A DNA stretch of 64,000 bases, from NCBI RefSeq assembly GCF_006345805.1, contig NC_043002.1, forward strand, positions 10,788,001 to 10,852,000. The letters are read 5' to 3'. How positions within the stretch are numbered: the stretch's first letter is position 1; each line of letters starts with the position of its first letter. The notes beneath the pieces are model-generated. The model ran no database searches. It was not told where the DNA came from and worked only from the letters and a program-made list of their open reading frames with translations. The position numbers were made by a program, and so were the translations under genes. Of this stretch, positions 25,339 through 39,339 are shown piece by piece. The stretch comes from Octopus sinensis (lineage: Eukaryota).

Positions 25339-25506
25339 CAGTAATGGGCAATCTGCAGCCGGCGAAACTTTGTTAATGACACGCCTAGCGAAAAATTGCC
25401 TTTATTTATGTTTTGTTGTTGTTGTTGTTGTTATTAATTAGAGACCCGTCTAATGGTGAACAAAGTCACATGTGACCCGTCCCTTGAGAAAGGTTGCCCA
25501 TGCTTC
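25339..25506. mobile_element. hAT-like MITE
   Basis: Ends cagtaatgggcaatct ... aggttgcccatgct resemble hAT TIRs; no TSD recognised. Confidence 0.45.
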
Positions 25507-26628
25507 AATGAAACCATCTTCATTTCGAAGCTCGTCAAATTAAGGAAAAGAGACGTTAGTTAATGTTGATTTACAATAGCCGCCTTAAAACCTTGGATGG
25601 AGTGTCATGGCTGGAATGTTTTAAATTATAGATATCTTCGATCACTTGATATCAAGTTAAATAACAGCAACCACCACATTTCTCGGTCTAGATAAAATGA
25701 ATCTCAGTAACACAACAATGGTGGTTTAAATTACCCTATTCACTTTGATATAGAAACTTGTATTTCGTTCTTAATCAAACAAAACCATGACGAAACGAAT
25801 CTAAATAATACTTTTTGTAAGAATTCAAATTCTGCTGGCATCGATACTTGCCTTTCATCCCTCTATAGATCGATAAAATAAGTACCAAAGAAATGTTGAA
25901 ATTTAATTTAATTGCTAATTGTCCTCAAATATCCTTCCCTCCCTTATGAAAATCACTACTGTCGGTAGTTTAAACGTATCGACATTTAACACAGTAGGAA
26001 AACTCAGGCGCTATTTATATCTTTCTTTATTTTAGGCGTTTCCATTCATCGATCGTCACCAATCAATGAAGATACTAAAGAAAAATAAAGATGCTCTGAT
26101 GGAAAATGTTAAAGATGTAGTAATTATGTCTTCCTTCCATATGAAAATCGAGGTTATTTAGTAAATGGAAAGGTAAAAAGTCTTGATCTTCGCACCTTTC
26201 AGATAAATACTTTATTCACAAACAGCTGTTAACCTTTTACAAAATACAAATACACCTTTTACTACACTGTACATACGTATAAATATATGTGTTTGTGCGC
26301 GTCTGTGTGTATATATGCATCTATGTGTGGCCACACATACATACTTACATGCATAAATACATACATACATACATATATTTTTACTCTCATTAAGTACATA
26401 CTATCAGTCTGAAATAGAAAATTACATTCATCATTGTTTGGCTACCACTTGGCCATATATTCTTTGTTTCTTTCTCCACCCTCTTCCTTCTCTCTCCCTC
26501 TCTTTTTCTCTTTCCATTTCTCTTTGTCTCTAAGGTCTACCACTACCGTAAGACTTTGTTATTCTTGAAGACGTGCTGTTTTATTCAAACAGATCTAATT
26601 GATGCTTACACTTACTATACACATACAG

Positions 26629-26668
<40 letters not shown>

Positions 26669-26671
26669 ACT

Positions 26672-26703
<32 letters not shown>

Positions 26704-27354
26704 GACATTAACACATACATATATATACTTATCTAATGTACTCGGGCCATCACTTAAATATGGCTGTGTCAGGTTCAGTCCCGATTTGTGTTTGTAAATT
26801 TTATCTTTAACATAATTACAGCTACATAGAAATAAAACACCATTTGCTGATAAGGGGATTCAAATTTAGACGTTGAGTCAAATCTATATTGTTATAAGAA
26901 ACTAATATATATATATATATATACAACGACGAAAATAGAAGACAAGAAAAACAACCTCATTCACGGGAATGTTGATAATGATAACCCTGGTGACAGGTCA
27001 AGAATAGTTAATGAGAGAAGAGACTCGAACACTAACACACAGTGTAATAGGAGGATGGTAATACAATAAGATCCAGCAGCCCAGGGAAAACAACTTCAAC
27101 ATGAGCCTCTAGCGCCACAAGACAGGATGCGGGAATCACTTGAAATAGTAGCCCATAAAAACGTATGACTAGAAAGCTTAGAAAAACTAGTAGATCGATA
27201 AAAATGAGGGCAGCAGAGATATGTGACAGAACACAATGCATAATAGAAACTGGGAATTAGGTCTCTGTAATTGTACTAATAATAAAATATGACCCCTTAA
27301 ACTACGATGTTTGACGAAGAACCCAATGTGTAGAATTAAGATCATATCTCAAGT

Positions 27355-27396
<42 letters not shown>

Positions 27397-27519
27397 TATA
27401 TAATCTATTTATTAAGTATTATTAGATTCTTTTCGTCATGGTTTGTTTGATTAAGAAACGAATACAAGTTTTCTATATCAAAGTGAATAGGTAATTTAAA
27501 CCACCATTGTTGTGTTACT

Positions 27520-27604
<85 letters not shown>

Positions 27605-27676
27605 TATTATATATATATATGTATATATATATATTATATATATATATATATTATATAATATATATAGTAGATATTA

Positions 27677-27721
<45 letters not shown>

Positions 27722-27734
27722 TATATATTATATA

Positions 27735-27782
<48 letters not shown>

Positions 27783-27834
27783 ATATTATATATATATATA
27801 ATATATTATATATATATTATATATATTATATTAT

Positions 27835-28050
27835 GTGGAGCGCAATGGCCCAGTGGTTAGGGCAGCGGACTTGCGGTCGGAGGATCGCGGTTTCGATTCC
27901 CAGAAGGCGTTGTGTGTGTTTTTTGAGCGAAAACACCTAAAAGCTCCACGAGGCTCCGGCAGGGGATGGTGGTGATCCCTGCTGTACTCTTTCACCACTC
28001 TAAAGGCGGTGCTCCAGCATGGCCGCAGTCAAATGACTGAAACAAGTACA
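27835..28050 (+). mobile_element. Chimeric SINE: family D head joined to family A tail
   Basis: gtggagcgcaatggcccagtggttaggg...ctttcaccac is followed directly by taaaggcggtgctccagcatggccgcagtc. Confidence 0.85.
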
Positions 28051-28147
28051 AAAAAAAAACAAAAAAAAAATATATAACTTGTGGATATAATCATTAAAAT
28101 GATTATATCAGTGGCCAGCGTATAAAATCACCATATCAGTAAAATCA

Positions 28148-28530
28148 ATATTTAAGTATATAATTATAATTAAGGACGCTGGAGGGACAACATCAATACG
28201 CTAGAAGTAGATGGAAAATGTCTACAAACCACTCTCAATTTTCTCTTCTTCACACACACACACACACGCACACACACACACAGACACACTCCAAGGGCTG
28301 AATGCAAGCGTAAAGTCATTTTTATTACAAAACACAAAATCTTACGATATAGAGTTGTCCGAAATTTTATAAATTTTCTTTCCCATTTCCTCGCATTCAG
28401 CCTTTGGGAAGAAAAAAAGAACAAATTTAAAGTGGTTTGTAGACTTTTGACATTTACTTCTAGCGTATTGGCGTTGTCCCTCCAGCGCTCTGAATTATAA
28501 TTATATATTTATAACTATATACTTAAATAT
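28148..28530. mobile_element. MITE with ~72-bp core TIRs and internal (CA)n
   Basis: 28161-28233 is the reverse complement of about 28430-28503. Confidence 0.75.
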
Positions 28531-28839
28531 ACATATACTCGAACGGCCAATCTTTTGGCTGAGAGCGTAACGTGTTAATCGATTGTGCTACATATATAAA
28601 TACATACCTGTATGTGTTCTTACTTATACCGCGATCACAGATCGAATAGAACATACTCATTAATCAGGAGATACCTTAAAACCATACAATTTCCAAACGA
28701 TTTTTGTGTTCCTTTAAAGGTCAGACTGATCGGACTTTCAAGAAATATAAGAAATGTACGAATGCATTGGAACAATTATACGAATCTGAAAAAGACTCCT
28801 GGCTAAATATGTGCACGTATTAGGTATACGTGTGTGCAT

Positions 28840-29198
28840 ACTTCAAACGTGTGTGCAAACTTCAAACTCCACCCATCTAACACCCGTGGACATATTTACA
28901 AAGTAAGAAAACAGCACAGCTCCCATGACTTCAGGAAACATTTTTTCACGCTGAGAGTTGCTGAAGCGTGGAACAAACTGCCGGCGTCGGTTGTTAGTTG
29001 TCGGAGCACTGCATCCTTCAAGACTTCCATGCTTCCTGAGATTCGCCAACACTACACTTGATTTTCTCCCCTCCATAGACACACAAGCATGTTCACTTTC
29101 CAGACATTTCTACATTACTGCATGTACTTTATATGCATTTTCTGACAAGTTGTGGTGCACCTGAGCACTGTATACAATAATTTCATTATTATTATTAT
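28840..29198 (+). mobile_element. CR1/L2-type LINE 3' end
   Basis: NTRGHIYKV...RKHFFTLRVAEAWNKLPASVV..S...FK, then a 3' UTR and (TTA)n tail. Confidence 0.9.
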
Positions 29199-32119
29199 AT
29201 ATATGTATATATATACATGCATGCATGTATGTGTGTATTTGTGTGTGTATGTACTATATATGTATGTCTATATGCATAAAAGCTGGTAAGTTTTCAATTT
29301 GGTCGGCCCGAGGCTATAGGAGAAGACACTTGCCCAAGGTGCCACGCAGTGGGACTGAACCCGGAACCATGTGGTTCATAAGCAAGCTACCTACCACACA
29401 GCCACTCCTGCGCCTAAGAACTTAACATGGAATTGAACCACCCTAAACTATAAGCGCATTATCTTTATTTCATAATAAAATGCATGATCTTGTTCTCATT
29501 TAATGCCAGGTCACAACTGATCGTGTAGACATATGACCAATAACGTTCCATCCGCGACCAATCCATCACTTTTATCGTTATATATAACAACAATTACAAT
29601 TTTTCAATCCGATCTGGTTTTAAGATGATTGAGTGTGATTTGAGGCAGATTTGATTGCTATTGCTTGCAGTTTGAACAGTCAAATAACGGTTTACCGAAT
29701 GGCTTATCCAATAAAATGATTGTCATAAAAATGTATTTATGTGCGCATTTGTTTGAAGCGTACGCGTTGTACATCGTTCATTTTTATTATAGAGATAGTG
29801 TAATAGCAGAAATATTTCCTCTTAGGAAGAAGTACTGCATTCTTAATAATCCTTTTAGATGATGTGCCATAACATATTTGATTAAACATTTAGGAAACAA
29901 AAGATTTTCATAAAAGCCACGCAGTTGGATGACCTTTGCTAGAATATGATAGAATTCCTGCTGTGGAAAATCCTTAGAAATGTTATGAAGAGAAAATACT
30001 TTGTGTCATGCAATGCTTTATGAATTTTCTGGATATAGGTGTTCCTCAATGAAATGTTATGAGATTTTTATATAATGCTGTTTATGCAAAAGTCACAAAA
30101 CAAATGAAGCTCTTCAAAAAAAAATATTATAACTGAATAAATAAATGAATTTATAAAATACAAAAGCTCAATTCTAAAATAGTTTTTTTTTCTGATTTAG
30201 AGCGCTGTGTACGTAGAATGTGTAAGTACATTTGAAGATGTACTGAAGATTTGTTAGTATCTCCATATCTTTACATTAGAGACTGTAATCAAATACTTTG
30301 TGTTAAATGTTTAATACAGTGTTTGAAGACGAACCGAGAAACTATCATCTAATTTGCCTAACTCAGTGTATGAGCCATCGATGTTGTAATGTGTGTGTGT
30401 GTGTGTGTGGTGAAATGGATGCCATTATCTGAAAGTTCACAAAGATGTTTGCTTGATCAATGTTAAAAAGACAGAATCCAATGTTATAAAACAATATTCA
30501 ATATTTAAAACATAGCTGTCGATGTTTAAAATGCACTTTGATGCTCGGTCAGTCGTCATGCGATTACATCCGCTTATCAGCATGAGAACATTGTATAAAC
30601 AGACTTCTGTCGTCACGCTAAACTAGAGTTACCTAGAGTTTCACAGACGTGGCAGATCATTTCACCCTTGCATGCGAGAAGTAGAATTAATCATATAATA
30701 CATAGGTGCACGGTTTCAAATTTAGAAAATTGATATAGCCATGGATATCAGTCGAGTATCAGTTAGCTGATACTTATTTTATAGGCTTGGAAAGATGAGG
30801 GGCGGGGTTTGAGTTCATAACATAAAGACCAGAATAAACACTGCAAGACATTCTGTCTGACATTCCAGCGTTTTGATCAATCCATCGTAAATTCACAAGT
30901 AATAAATATATCACGCACTACAAAGATTTAATCTCCTTCGAACGAAGGTGATTGACTTTATTAACAAGTGCATTCTTCTCTCTGTAATGAAATGGAATAA
31001 TTCCGCACTAGATTTTCTCTCCACTGAATCATTTTTGACCCATGCTGCCCTTTCAGCTCTAAGAGGATTTCTACTTAATAACAATATTGTCTTTCTACAT
31101 AAATTAGTTTAAATTTCATGCGTAGTTGTTCTATTCTTATTGTTTAGTTGTCGCAAAAAAATAATTATAATTAAAACGGGTGTTTACTAACGAAATACAA
31201 ACCTAACAAGACATGATAGCACGACATCAACGGATAAAATAACTGTTTAGCTAATCGGACCACTTTTATTTTAGGATAGAAATGGAAGACAAAAGGGAAT
31301 AAAAGAAATACAGTCCATTCTAAGATTTTTGAAGAATTACAATTTCTAATTATTCCAAATATTTAATTAGAATTTATGTTTTTCCATGGCATTAACTCTG
31401 GGTTAATGGACGTTTTGTAATCTGTACAAAAGTTGGATAATTAGAAACTCATAGATTAGAATTTTGAGAAAATCTTCGAAAAAGATGTTTATTTTTAATT
31501 TCCAATTTTCATTTCTAATAATTAATTCTTAAATGATCAGGCTCGAAAACAAATATTGCATATTTTTAGGTATTTCTTTATTTTCATGGTTTCTTTATGC
31601 TTTGTTTTCGTTTTTCAATATTTTAAAATTATCATTAATACTCATTGACACATTTTATTTCTCACTGCTTATAGTTATTCACGTGTGTAACACATTTTAA
31701 TGTTTTCGGGCTTCATAATAAAATCCCGACGAACACAGAAAAAATCATCAAAAAATAATTGGTAATTTCACAACTATCAATAAATATAATTGATCATCTT
31801 ACTACCAAAATATAACAGTTTTATTCAGGCGTAAGCGTCTCTTTATGCAAATAATGGCGATCGAGAAAGATAAATAGAAACTAATGTAAATTTTTGGAAA
31901 CTGGTATTGCTAGTGATATCATGATACCAATAATGATTAATAATCGACCGCATCTCGTTTCCAGGAAGGGAATGGGTGAAGGTTATTGTTTCATACAGAG
32001 GACTACTTCTATTGCGAGATACTGGGTTTGAAAAACTATGTTGTACGAAGTGACGAAAGATTATCTGCGACTGCAAATATCCAAAAAGTCACTGATCAAA
32101 AAGACGATAATAAAAAAAA

Positions 32120-32320
32120 AAATACGCCCTTTTAAAGCCTAGCCAGGCTGATGGGCCCGGTTTCCCGGTTTCCATGGCGTATATGTTCCCAAGCTGGATG
32201 AGACGCCAGTCCATCACAGCATTACTCATTTTAGCCAGCTGAGTGGACTGGAGCAACGTAAAATGAAGTGCTTTGCCCAAGAACACAACGCGTCGCTCGA
32301 TCCAGGAATCGAAACCACAA
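32120..32320 (-). mobile_element. SINE family E (CORE-like segment followed by a V-domain-like motif)
   Basis: Homologous to 42676-42922. Confidence 0.8.
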
Positions 32321-32862
32321 TTGTGAAGAGGAAGACGAACGATTTTAAAAACGAGAGTACAAACTTAGGCATGGATTGTGTCGATAAAAGAGTACATTGG
32401 CATGTTAGCCAAGTTATTGGAATCAAAGTGTAGAAAAAGTGGTATGGACACGAGTCAGAATCTGTAATGGTGAATAATAATCATAAGATTTTACGAACGT
32501 TTCTCAAATGTGATCATAATTTTGGTTTCAAATTTTGGCACAAGGCCAGCAATTTTAGGGAAGCGGGAAAGTCGATAAGATCGACACCAGTGGTCAACTG
32601 ATACTTCTTTCACAAATGAGGAAAGGCAAAGACGACCTCGGCGGAATATGAACTCAGAACGTAAAGACGGACGAAATACCGCGATGCATTCGGCAAGGCG
32701 TGCCTACGATTCTGCTAGCTCATTGCCTTAAAGACTGACCATAATATTGAAGCCAGCAAACCACATTAGAATCAAAAGGACTTTAAAGAACAGTGTAATG
32801 TCAAAGACATTATTTACATTATTTACATTTGACGGATATTTGCCATCATCTTGTTTGTTGTT

Positions 32863-32907
32863 AACACAACATTTCGGCTGATATACCCCCAGCATTCTTC
32901 AGGTGTT
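32863..32907 (-). ncRNA. Minimal type-I hammerhead motif within a dispersed repeat
   Basis: AACAC-CUGAAGA-AUGCUG(loop)CAGCC-GAA-AUGU-U-GUGUU; stem I is AACAC/GUGUU. Confidence 0.6.
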
Positions 32908-32958
32908 CTAGGGAATTTTCGAACCTGGGTTCTCATTTCTAAGGTATCTTTCAATGTT

Positions 32959-33024
<66 letters not shown>

Positions 33025-34384
33025 TATGAGTTCATTACAAAACCTCGCTAAGATAAGTATCTATTTATATTTAACATCTTTAAATTGTAATTTTTAATAT
33101 TTATAAGTCTTGGTGTAATAATATTTTTCTTATGTTAATATTGTTGTTTATGTAATGATCTAATTACCGTAATTTTCTATATAATTATTAGATATTAAAA
33201 TTAAGTTTATTCGTAAGATATTACTTAGCGATAGATATGTTGTTTGATAGCAAGATTACAAGTTGTCTAAAGTTAGATTTATGTATATACATGTATTAAT
33301 AGTTTTAATTATAGTTTTAAATTTCTTATAATAAAATTAGATAAACTTAGATAAACTTAGATATGTTTCGACCAAAGATTGGTCCAGGCCATGTCAAACT
33401 TAATAGCATAACTTAGTTATTGTCTTTTTAAATTGATATTTGCCATTGATAAATATATTTATAGTATTCATTCGATACTATATAACTACGAATTGATTAT
33501 TTCTATAAGTATTTTAAATAAGATTTCCGAAAGTTCGTTTAAGTTTGTTTGTTTGTATTTTTGAATTTAGATGTTTCATCTTTAAATATGAAGTATTAAT
33601 TTATTAGGTCTTTATTATATGTGCATATATATTTATTTATAGAGATTATTTTAGATCTTAATTATAATATTCATATACATTTATATATATATCCATTGAT
33701 AATTTTTTATATATAATAGTCATTTTTTTTTAATAGTTATGTAATTAGATATAGACTATTACTGACATTAGATTATCGGTGGGTTTCTTACCTTAAAAAT
33801 TAAAATTAATATTTAACATTATAATCGATTTTGATATAATCATAATTATTAAGTTTTAAGTTTGATAATAGAGTTTATTATAAGTAAAATTATTATATTA
33901 TTTATATCTTTAAAATATTGTTTAAATATTTCTGATTATTTTAAAAATATTTCAATTAACCTGAAGATTGACTGTAACCATAACTCGAATTATTAACTGA
34001 ATTTAAATTATTGTTATTCGAATTGGTACAGCCATGAAACGATCGTAGTGTTTTACTCTTTATCTTTTATTAAACTTTTAATACTTTTGATATTTATATA
34101 AAATAAATAAATAAATAAATAAATAAATAAAAAATAAATTAATTAATTAATTAATAAGCAAAATAATATATAAATATAAAAATATACATATATATATATA
34201 TATATATATTTGTATATATATATTTAAAATTTATACGTTTAAAGTATTTTAATATTTTTTTAATTTTTAACTTTTATATTTTAAAATTAATTTTATGTAT
34301 TGGCTTATGTTTTTCACTGCTTGATTTGCCTAATAGTGGTTTTATCTCTAATTTAATATAATATATATATATATATATATATAT

Positions 34385-34600
34385 TGCTCATAGGGGGCTA
34401 AACATAAAGGGGACAAACAAGGACAGACAAAAGATTAAGTCCATTATATCGACCCCAGTGCGTAACTGGTACTTATTTGATCGACCCCGAAAGAAGGAAA
34501 GCAAATTCGACCTCGGCGGAACTTGAACTCAGAACGTAACGGCAGACGAAATACCGCTAAGCATTTCGTCCGTCATGCTAACGATTCTCCAGGCTCGCCG
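34385..34600 (-). mobile_element. SINE family B copy
   Basis: Reverse complement of head plus one unit. Confidence 0.85.
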
Positions 34601-34626
34601 AAGTTGGAATTTCTTTGAGTAATATA

Positions 34627-34659
<33 letters not shown>

Positions 34660-34669
34660 TGTGTGTGTG

Positions 34670-34710
<41 letters not shown>

Positions 34711-34714
34711 TGTG

Positions 34715-35204
34715 TGTTACTCAAAGAAATTCCAACTTCGTCTGATTTTCACGTTTCTTTTACAATCTTATAATAAAATAATATAAGATAATATAAGACA
34801 AAATAATATAAGATAATATGATATAATTACTTCTTTAGCTAGGTTCAAATACAGATCTTTTGACATGTTCAACAAACCGTATCACCCAAAGCAAACACCA
34901 ATCAACTTAAGTAATTTAGTAAACTCACACACTGATTGGTCAGAATACAGTTTGCACAATGAAACATTCTGTATTTATGGCACACATTTTAGCCACCTCA
35001 CTACAGTTGTAGATTGTAAAACATAGCTGTCACCACTACTACATGAACCTGAAGATTGTATAGTTCAATGCATGAAAGTACTAGTGCAATCAGTGTGGAA
35101 ATTTAATTATCTATCATTGCATTATGTTATCTTATATTATATTATTATAAGAGTGTAAATAAAACGAGAAAATCAAAGTTGGATTTTCTTTGAGTAATAT
35201 ATTC
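34715..35204. mobile_element. MITE with ~55-bp TIRs
   Basis: ttactcaaagaaattccaact...cttataataa is mirrored at about 35150-35204; a third TIR-like fragment lies at 34600-34623. Confidence 0.7.
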
Positions 35205-35235
35205 TTCTATACACAATCATGCACACCCGTGTATA

Positions 35236-35805
35236 TATTGTGTTGTCCGGAAAGTTCGTAACGAATTTTCAAAAGGAAAGAAAATGGTCAATAAATACTT
35301 GCCATTAAATTTTTAATCAACCAAATATGAACCATTTCGTTGCACAATGCGTCTCCATCTTTCCTTTGACTTGAAAATACCCTCTTCTCAGAATTGAGGT
35401 GGTTTCATGGCAAATAATTCATCAAGGTATCTTTTTACGTCATCCAAGGAATTGAATTTTTTATCATTAGTACTATTCTACAGAGACCTAAATAAGTGGA
35501 AATCCGGAGGAGCAATATCTGGTGAATATGGAGGGTGGGGTAACACATCCCAGCCGAGCTACAGCAATTTTTTCTGGTTCCCAAAGCATCAAGTGCCGAA
35601 AAAGAACTTTCTTATCTTCAGTTTAAAGGGTTACAGAATTAACACATATTATAGGAACATAAACCTTCTTCCACGAACAGATAGCTTAAACTGTGCTCGA
35701 AATGGAGGTGTAGACAAATCCTATTTTATGGACTCAACCACGTTCTAAAATAAGTCGAAAGGTAAGCTACTATAAATCGGCACGAACTTTCCCGACAACC
35801 CAATA
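35236..35805 (-). mobile_element. Internally deleted mariner element
   Basis: ~30-bp TIRs (tattgtgttgtccggaaagttcgt / acgaactttcccgacaacccaata) in TA context; WDVL.HPPYSPDIAPPDFHLFRSL transposase C-terminus. Confidence 0.9.
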
Positions 35806-36891
35806 TATATATATATATAATATATATAATATATTATATATATATATATTATATATATATTATATACGGATAAACATATTAAAAAGGGGTCAGGGGGAAA
35901 AACTCATTTAAATAAAAAGGTTGGGAACTACTGTTGGGAACCACTGATCTAACCGCTAAGTCACGCACATTTACATTAGCGCTTAGCTATTAAAGAAAAT
36001 AGAAGAGCGATAGATATGTTTTGAAGTAACGTATATTAGATAACAATGATTTACTAATGTTGTCACAACTATAACGATATTACGCTACATTGTATGATTA
36101 TATGTGTCACTTCCCGCTGTTTTTTTTCTTTTAGACATCTAACATTTATGTAGAATTTAACTCAAGAACGTATTGATATTTATGTTTAGTTTTTCGATGC
36201 TTTAGAAAATAAATAGACTGTTATGACTTCGGGGACCTTTTCCAATTTTCTTAGTGTTTCATATAATTACATTAGTTTATATATGTATGTATGTATGTCT
36301 AACCATAAATACATAAATACACACATATACATATATGTGTATTTCTATAAATATACATACATATATACATATATTTATTCATATCCATACATACATACAT
36401 AGACACACACACACACACATAAACACATGGTTCCAGGTTCAGTCCTACTGCATGACACCTTGGGCAAGTGTTTTCCACTATAGCTTCGGACCGACAAAAG
36501 CTTTGTGTGTGAGTGAGTGTGTGAGTGTGTGAGTGTGTGTGTGTGTGTGTGTATCAGTATCTTTCCCCTCCTTCTGGTCTAACGACCCTCCATGTCTGTT
36601 TTCGTTCGGTTTCCTTGTATGTCCCCACTGTCGTGTTTTTGTTCCCAAATTTTACCCGCCATAAAATCGAAAATTCATTTTGGAAGTTATGGGAACAACT
36701 GTCTTCGAGGACTCATATTGTCGTTGATTATTCGAAATGAGGAGTAAATAGACAGCCAAAACTGATGAAGGGTCGTTCTTTATGTTACTTGTCCTGTTTT
36801 CATTTTTTTCTCTTCTTGTCTGCGTAATTAACTCGCTTATTTTCGTACTTCGTGTTAGTTACAGTTGGTGATGTCCTGTATCCACATCTGC

Positions 36892-36926
<35 letters not shown>

Positions 36927-37192
36927 AAAAAATAAGCAAGAAGAATGATCGGAAGTTTAGTAGAATTGTTTCATACTATAAACATTATATTAAAGCTTTT
37001 GTTTTTTATTATTAATAAAATGTTTAATAAAATGTTTATAGTATGAAACAATATTACTAAACTACCGATCCATTCTTGTTGCTTACTTTTTGGTTTTAAT
37101 CACCCCACATAATTTTATGGGTAATACCATAAAAAAATTCTGGTGCATCTAAGTTAAGTACCATATTCATTTGAATCTAAATTGTTTTGCTG

Positions 37193-37254
<62 letters not shown>

Positions 37255-38215
37255 TATAGATATATATATTATCTATATTATATATATATATTTCGTTTTT
37301 GGATTGGTTTACAAGATTCTTTATGTGAGTTCGTGTGTTGAAGCATATTCTGTTGTGTCTGGGGAGAGTCATTTTCTTTTTGTGCCTTATAATATGACAC
37401 ACTCACCGGTAAAATTTCCACTTTTTTCTTATTTTTATTTTCCTAAAATTTTCGTTGCGTCTTGCAACCTTTTCAATAGTTTTGACTCTGTCCGTTATTT
37501 ACACTGCGTTCCTTTTTGTTTGTTTGTGCGCATGTGTGTGGGTCAGTGTGTGTGTGTGTGTGTGCCTATACATGCATATACGTATGTATGTATGTGTGTG
37601 TTTGCATGTGTATGTATGTAAATATGTATGTGTATGCATATGTATGTGTGTGCATCTTTATGTACGTATCCTACATATTTATGTGCATGCATATCCGTGT
37701 TTGTGTATTTTCTATGTATGTGTGTGAACATGTGTTTCTATACGTATGCACCTCTATCTCCTTGTGTGTGCATGTCTGTATGTGTGTGTGCGTGCTATGC
37801 AACTATGAACCATGTTTGTATGTATGGATGTGCATCTTTATATGTGTGGATCCGTGTCTCTATATGTGTCTGTTCTTATAGCCTATGTACCTATCCGTAT
37901 ATATCACAACAAACATATTTTCCTTCTACTACATTGCACACATGCTGCGCTTTGTAGCAAAGAGAAATGTGTTAAACACGCAAACATACCTTCAGATACC
38001 GTTAAATACGAAAACACTTCTAAAGTCAGCAATTCTTGCAATTCGTATAATGTTAACTTAACGTAAATAGACATGCATATAAACAGCTTGACGTATTTGC
38101 ACATGTAATTTGAGAGAGCATTTGCACCAGTGGTACAATAAGAAATGTCCATCAACTATTTAGTAAGCAATCCTCTATGACACATTGTAATCATTACAAG
38201 TGTTACTCGTCATAT

Positions 38216-38593
38216 GTGGAGGCGCAATGGCCCAGTGGTTAGGGCAGCGGACTCGCGGTCGTAGGATCGCGGTTTCGATTACCAGACCTGGCGTTGTGAG
38301 TGTTTATTGAGCGAAAACACCTAAAGCTCCACGAGGCTCCGGCAGGGATGGTGGTGATCCCTGCTGTACTCTTTCACCACAACTTTCTCTCACTCTTACT
38401 TCCTGTTTCTGTTGTACCTGTATTTCAAAGGGCCGGCCTTGTTACTATCTGTGTCACGCTGAATATCCCCGAGAATTACGTTAAGGGTACACGTGTCTGT
38501 GAAGTGCTCAGCCACTTACACGTTAATTTCACGAGCAGGCTGTTCCGTTGATCGGATCAACCGGAACCCTCGTCGTCGTGACCGACGGAGTGC
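38216..38593 (+). mobile_element. SINE family D, full length (tail type 1)
   Basis: tRNA-like head GGCCCAGTGGTTAGGGCAGCGGACTCGCGG; tail ...gtcgtcgtgaccgacggagtgc. Confidence 0.9.
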
Positions 38594-39223
38594 TTCACTT
38601 CGTCAACTCTTGCGTTGCTATCTGCTGTTCATATATTTTGAAAGTTGTGACTTTCCCGCAAAGATGAAAATGATCAGAAGAAATATAGCATATACAAGGG
38701 GATATTTAACCTTGAGTTTTTAAATTTTCTGACCCTCATCCAACATTTGGTATAAACATCAAATTCTTAGTTGATTCGAACAGTTCCTTTGGAAGCCCTT
38801 ACCTCGAATTTTTATCTTTATATTTTTCACTCTCCGATACGATACCTGAACCCTACGTACATGATGCATAGTTTCACATATGACTTTTACATGTAATTCT
38901 GTTCACGAATTTATAAATTTATATGTATATTCATTTAGTTGTTTGTCTAAAATCATACTGTGAATTTCTATTTCACTGCCTGAATTTGTTCCTTCTAAAA
39001 TGAATATATGAGTGTGTGTGTGTACGTGTGTGTATTATCAACTGGTATTTTCAGTAAATATTCGTGCATTATTGTACCACTAAATTATATATATCAAATA
39101 AAATTAAAAACAGAACACAAAGGACAGAATACAAATTTTATTTGATATATTCTCTCTCACCTCTGCCACTATCTGGCATATACAGGTGCTTAACACTTAT
39201 CAAGTATTCACCCTAAATTTACA

Positions 39224-39272
<49 letters not shown>

Positions 39273-39296
39273 ATATATATGTATATATATTATATA

Positions 39297-39339
<43 letters not shown>

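Noticed and set aside
36740-36790. CTGATGAAG as a hammerhead core
   Set aside because: No downstream stem II, GAAA or stem III could be built.
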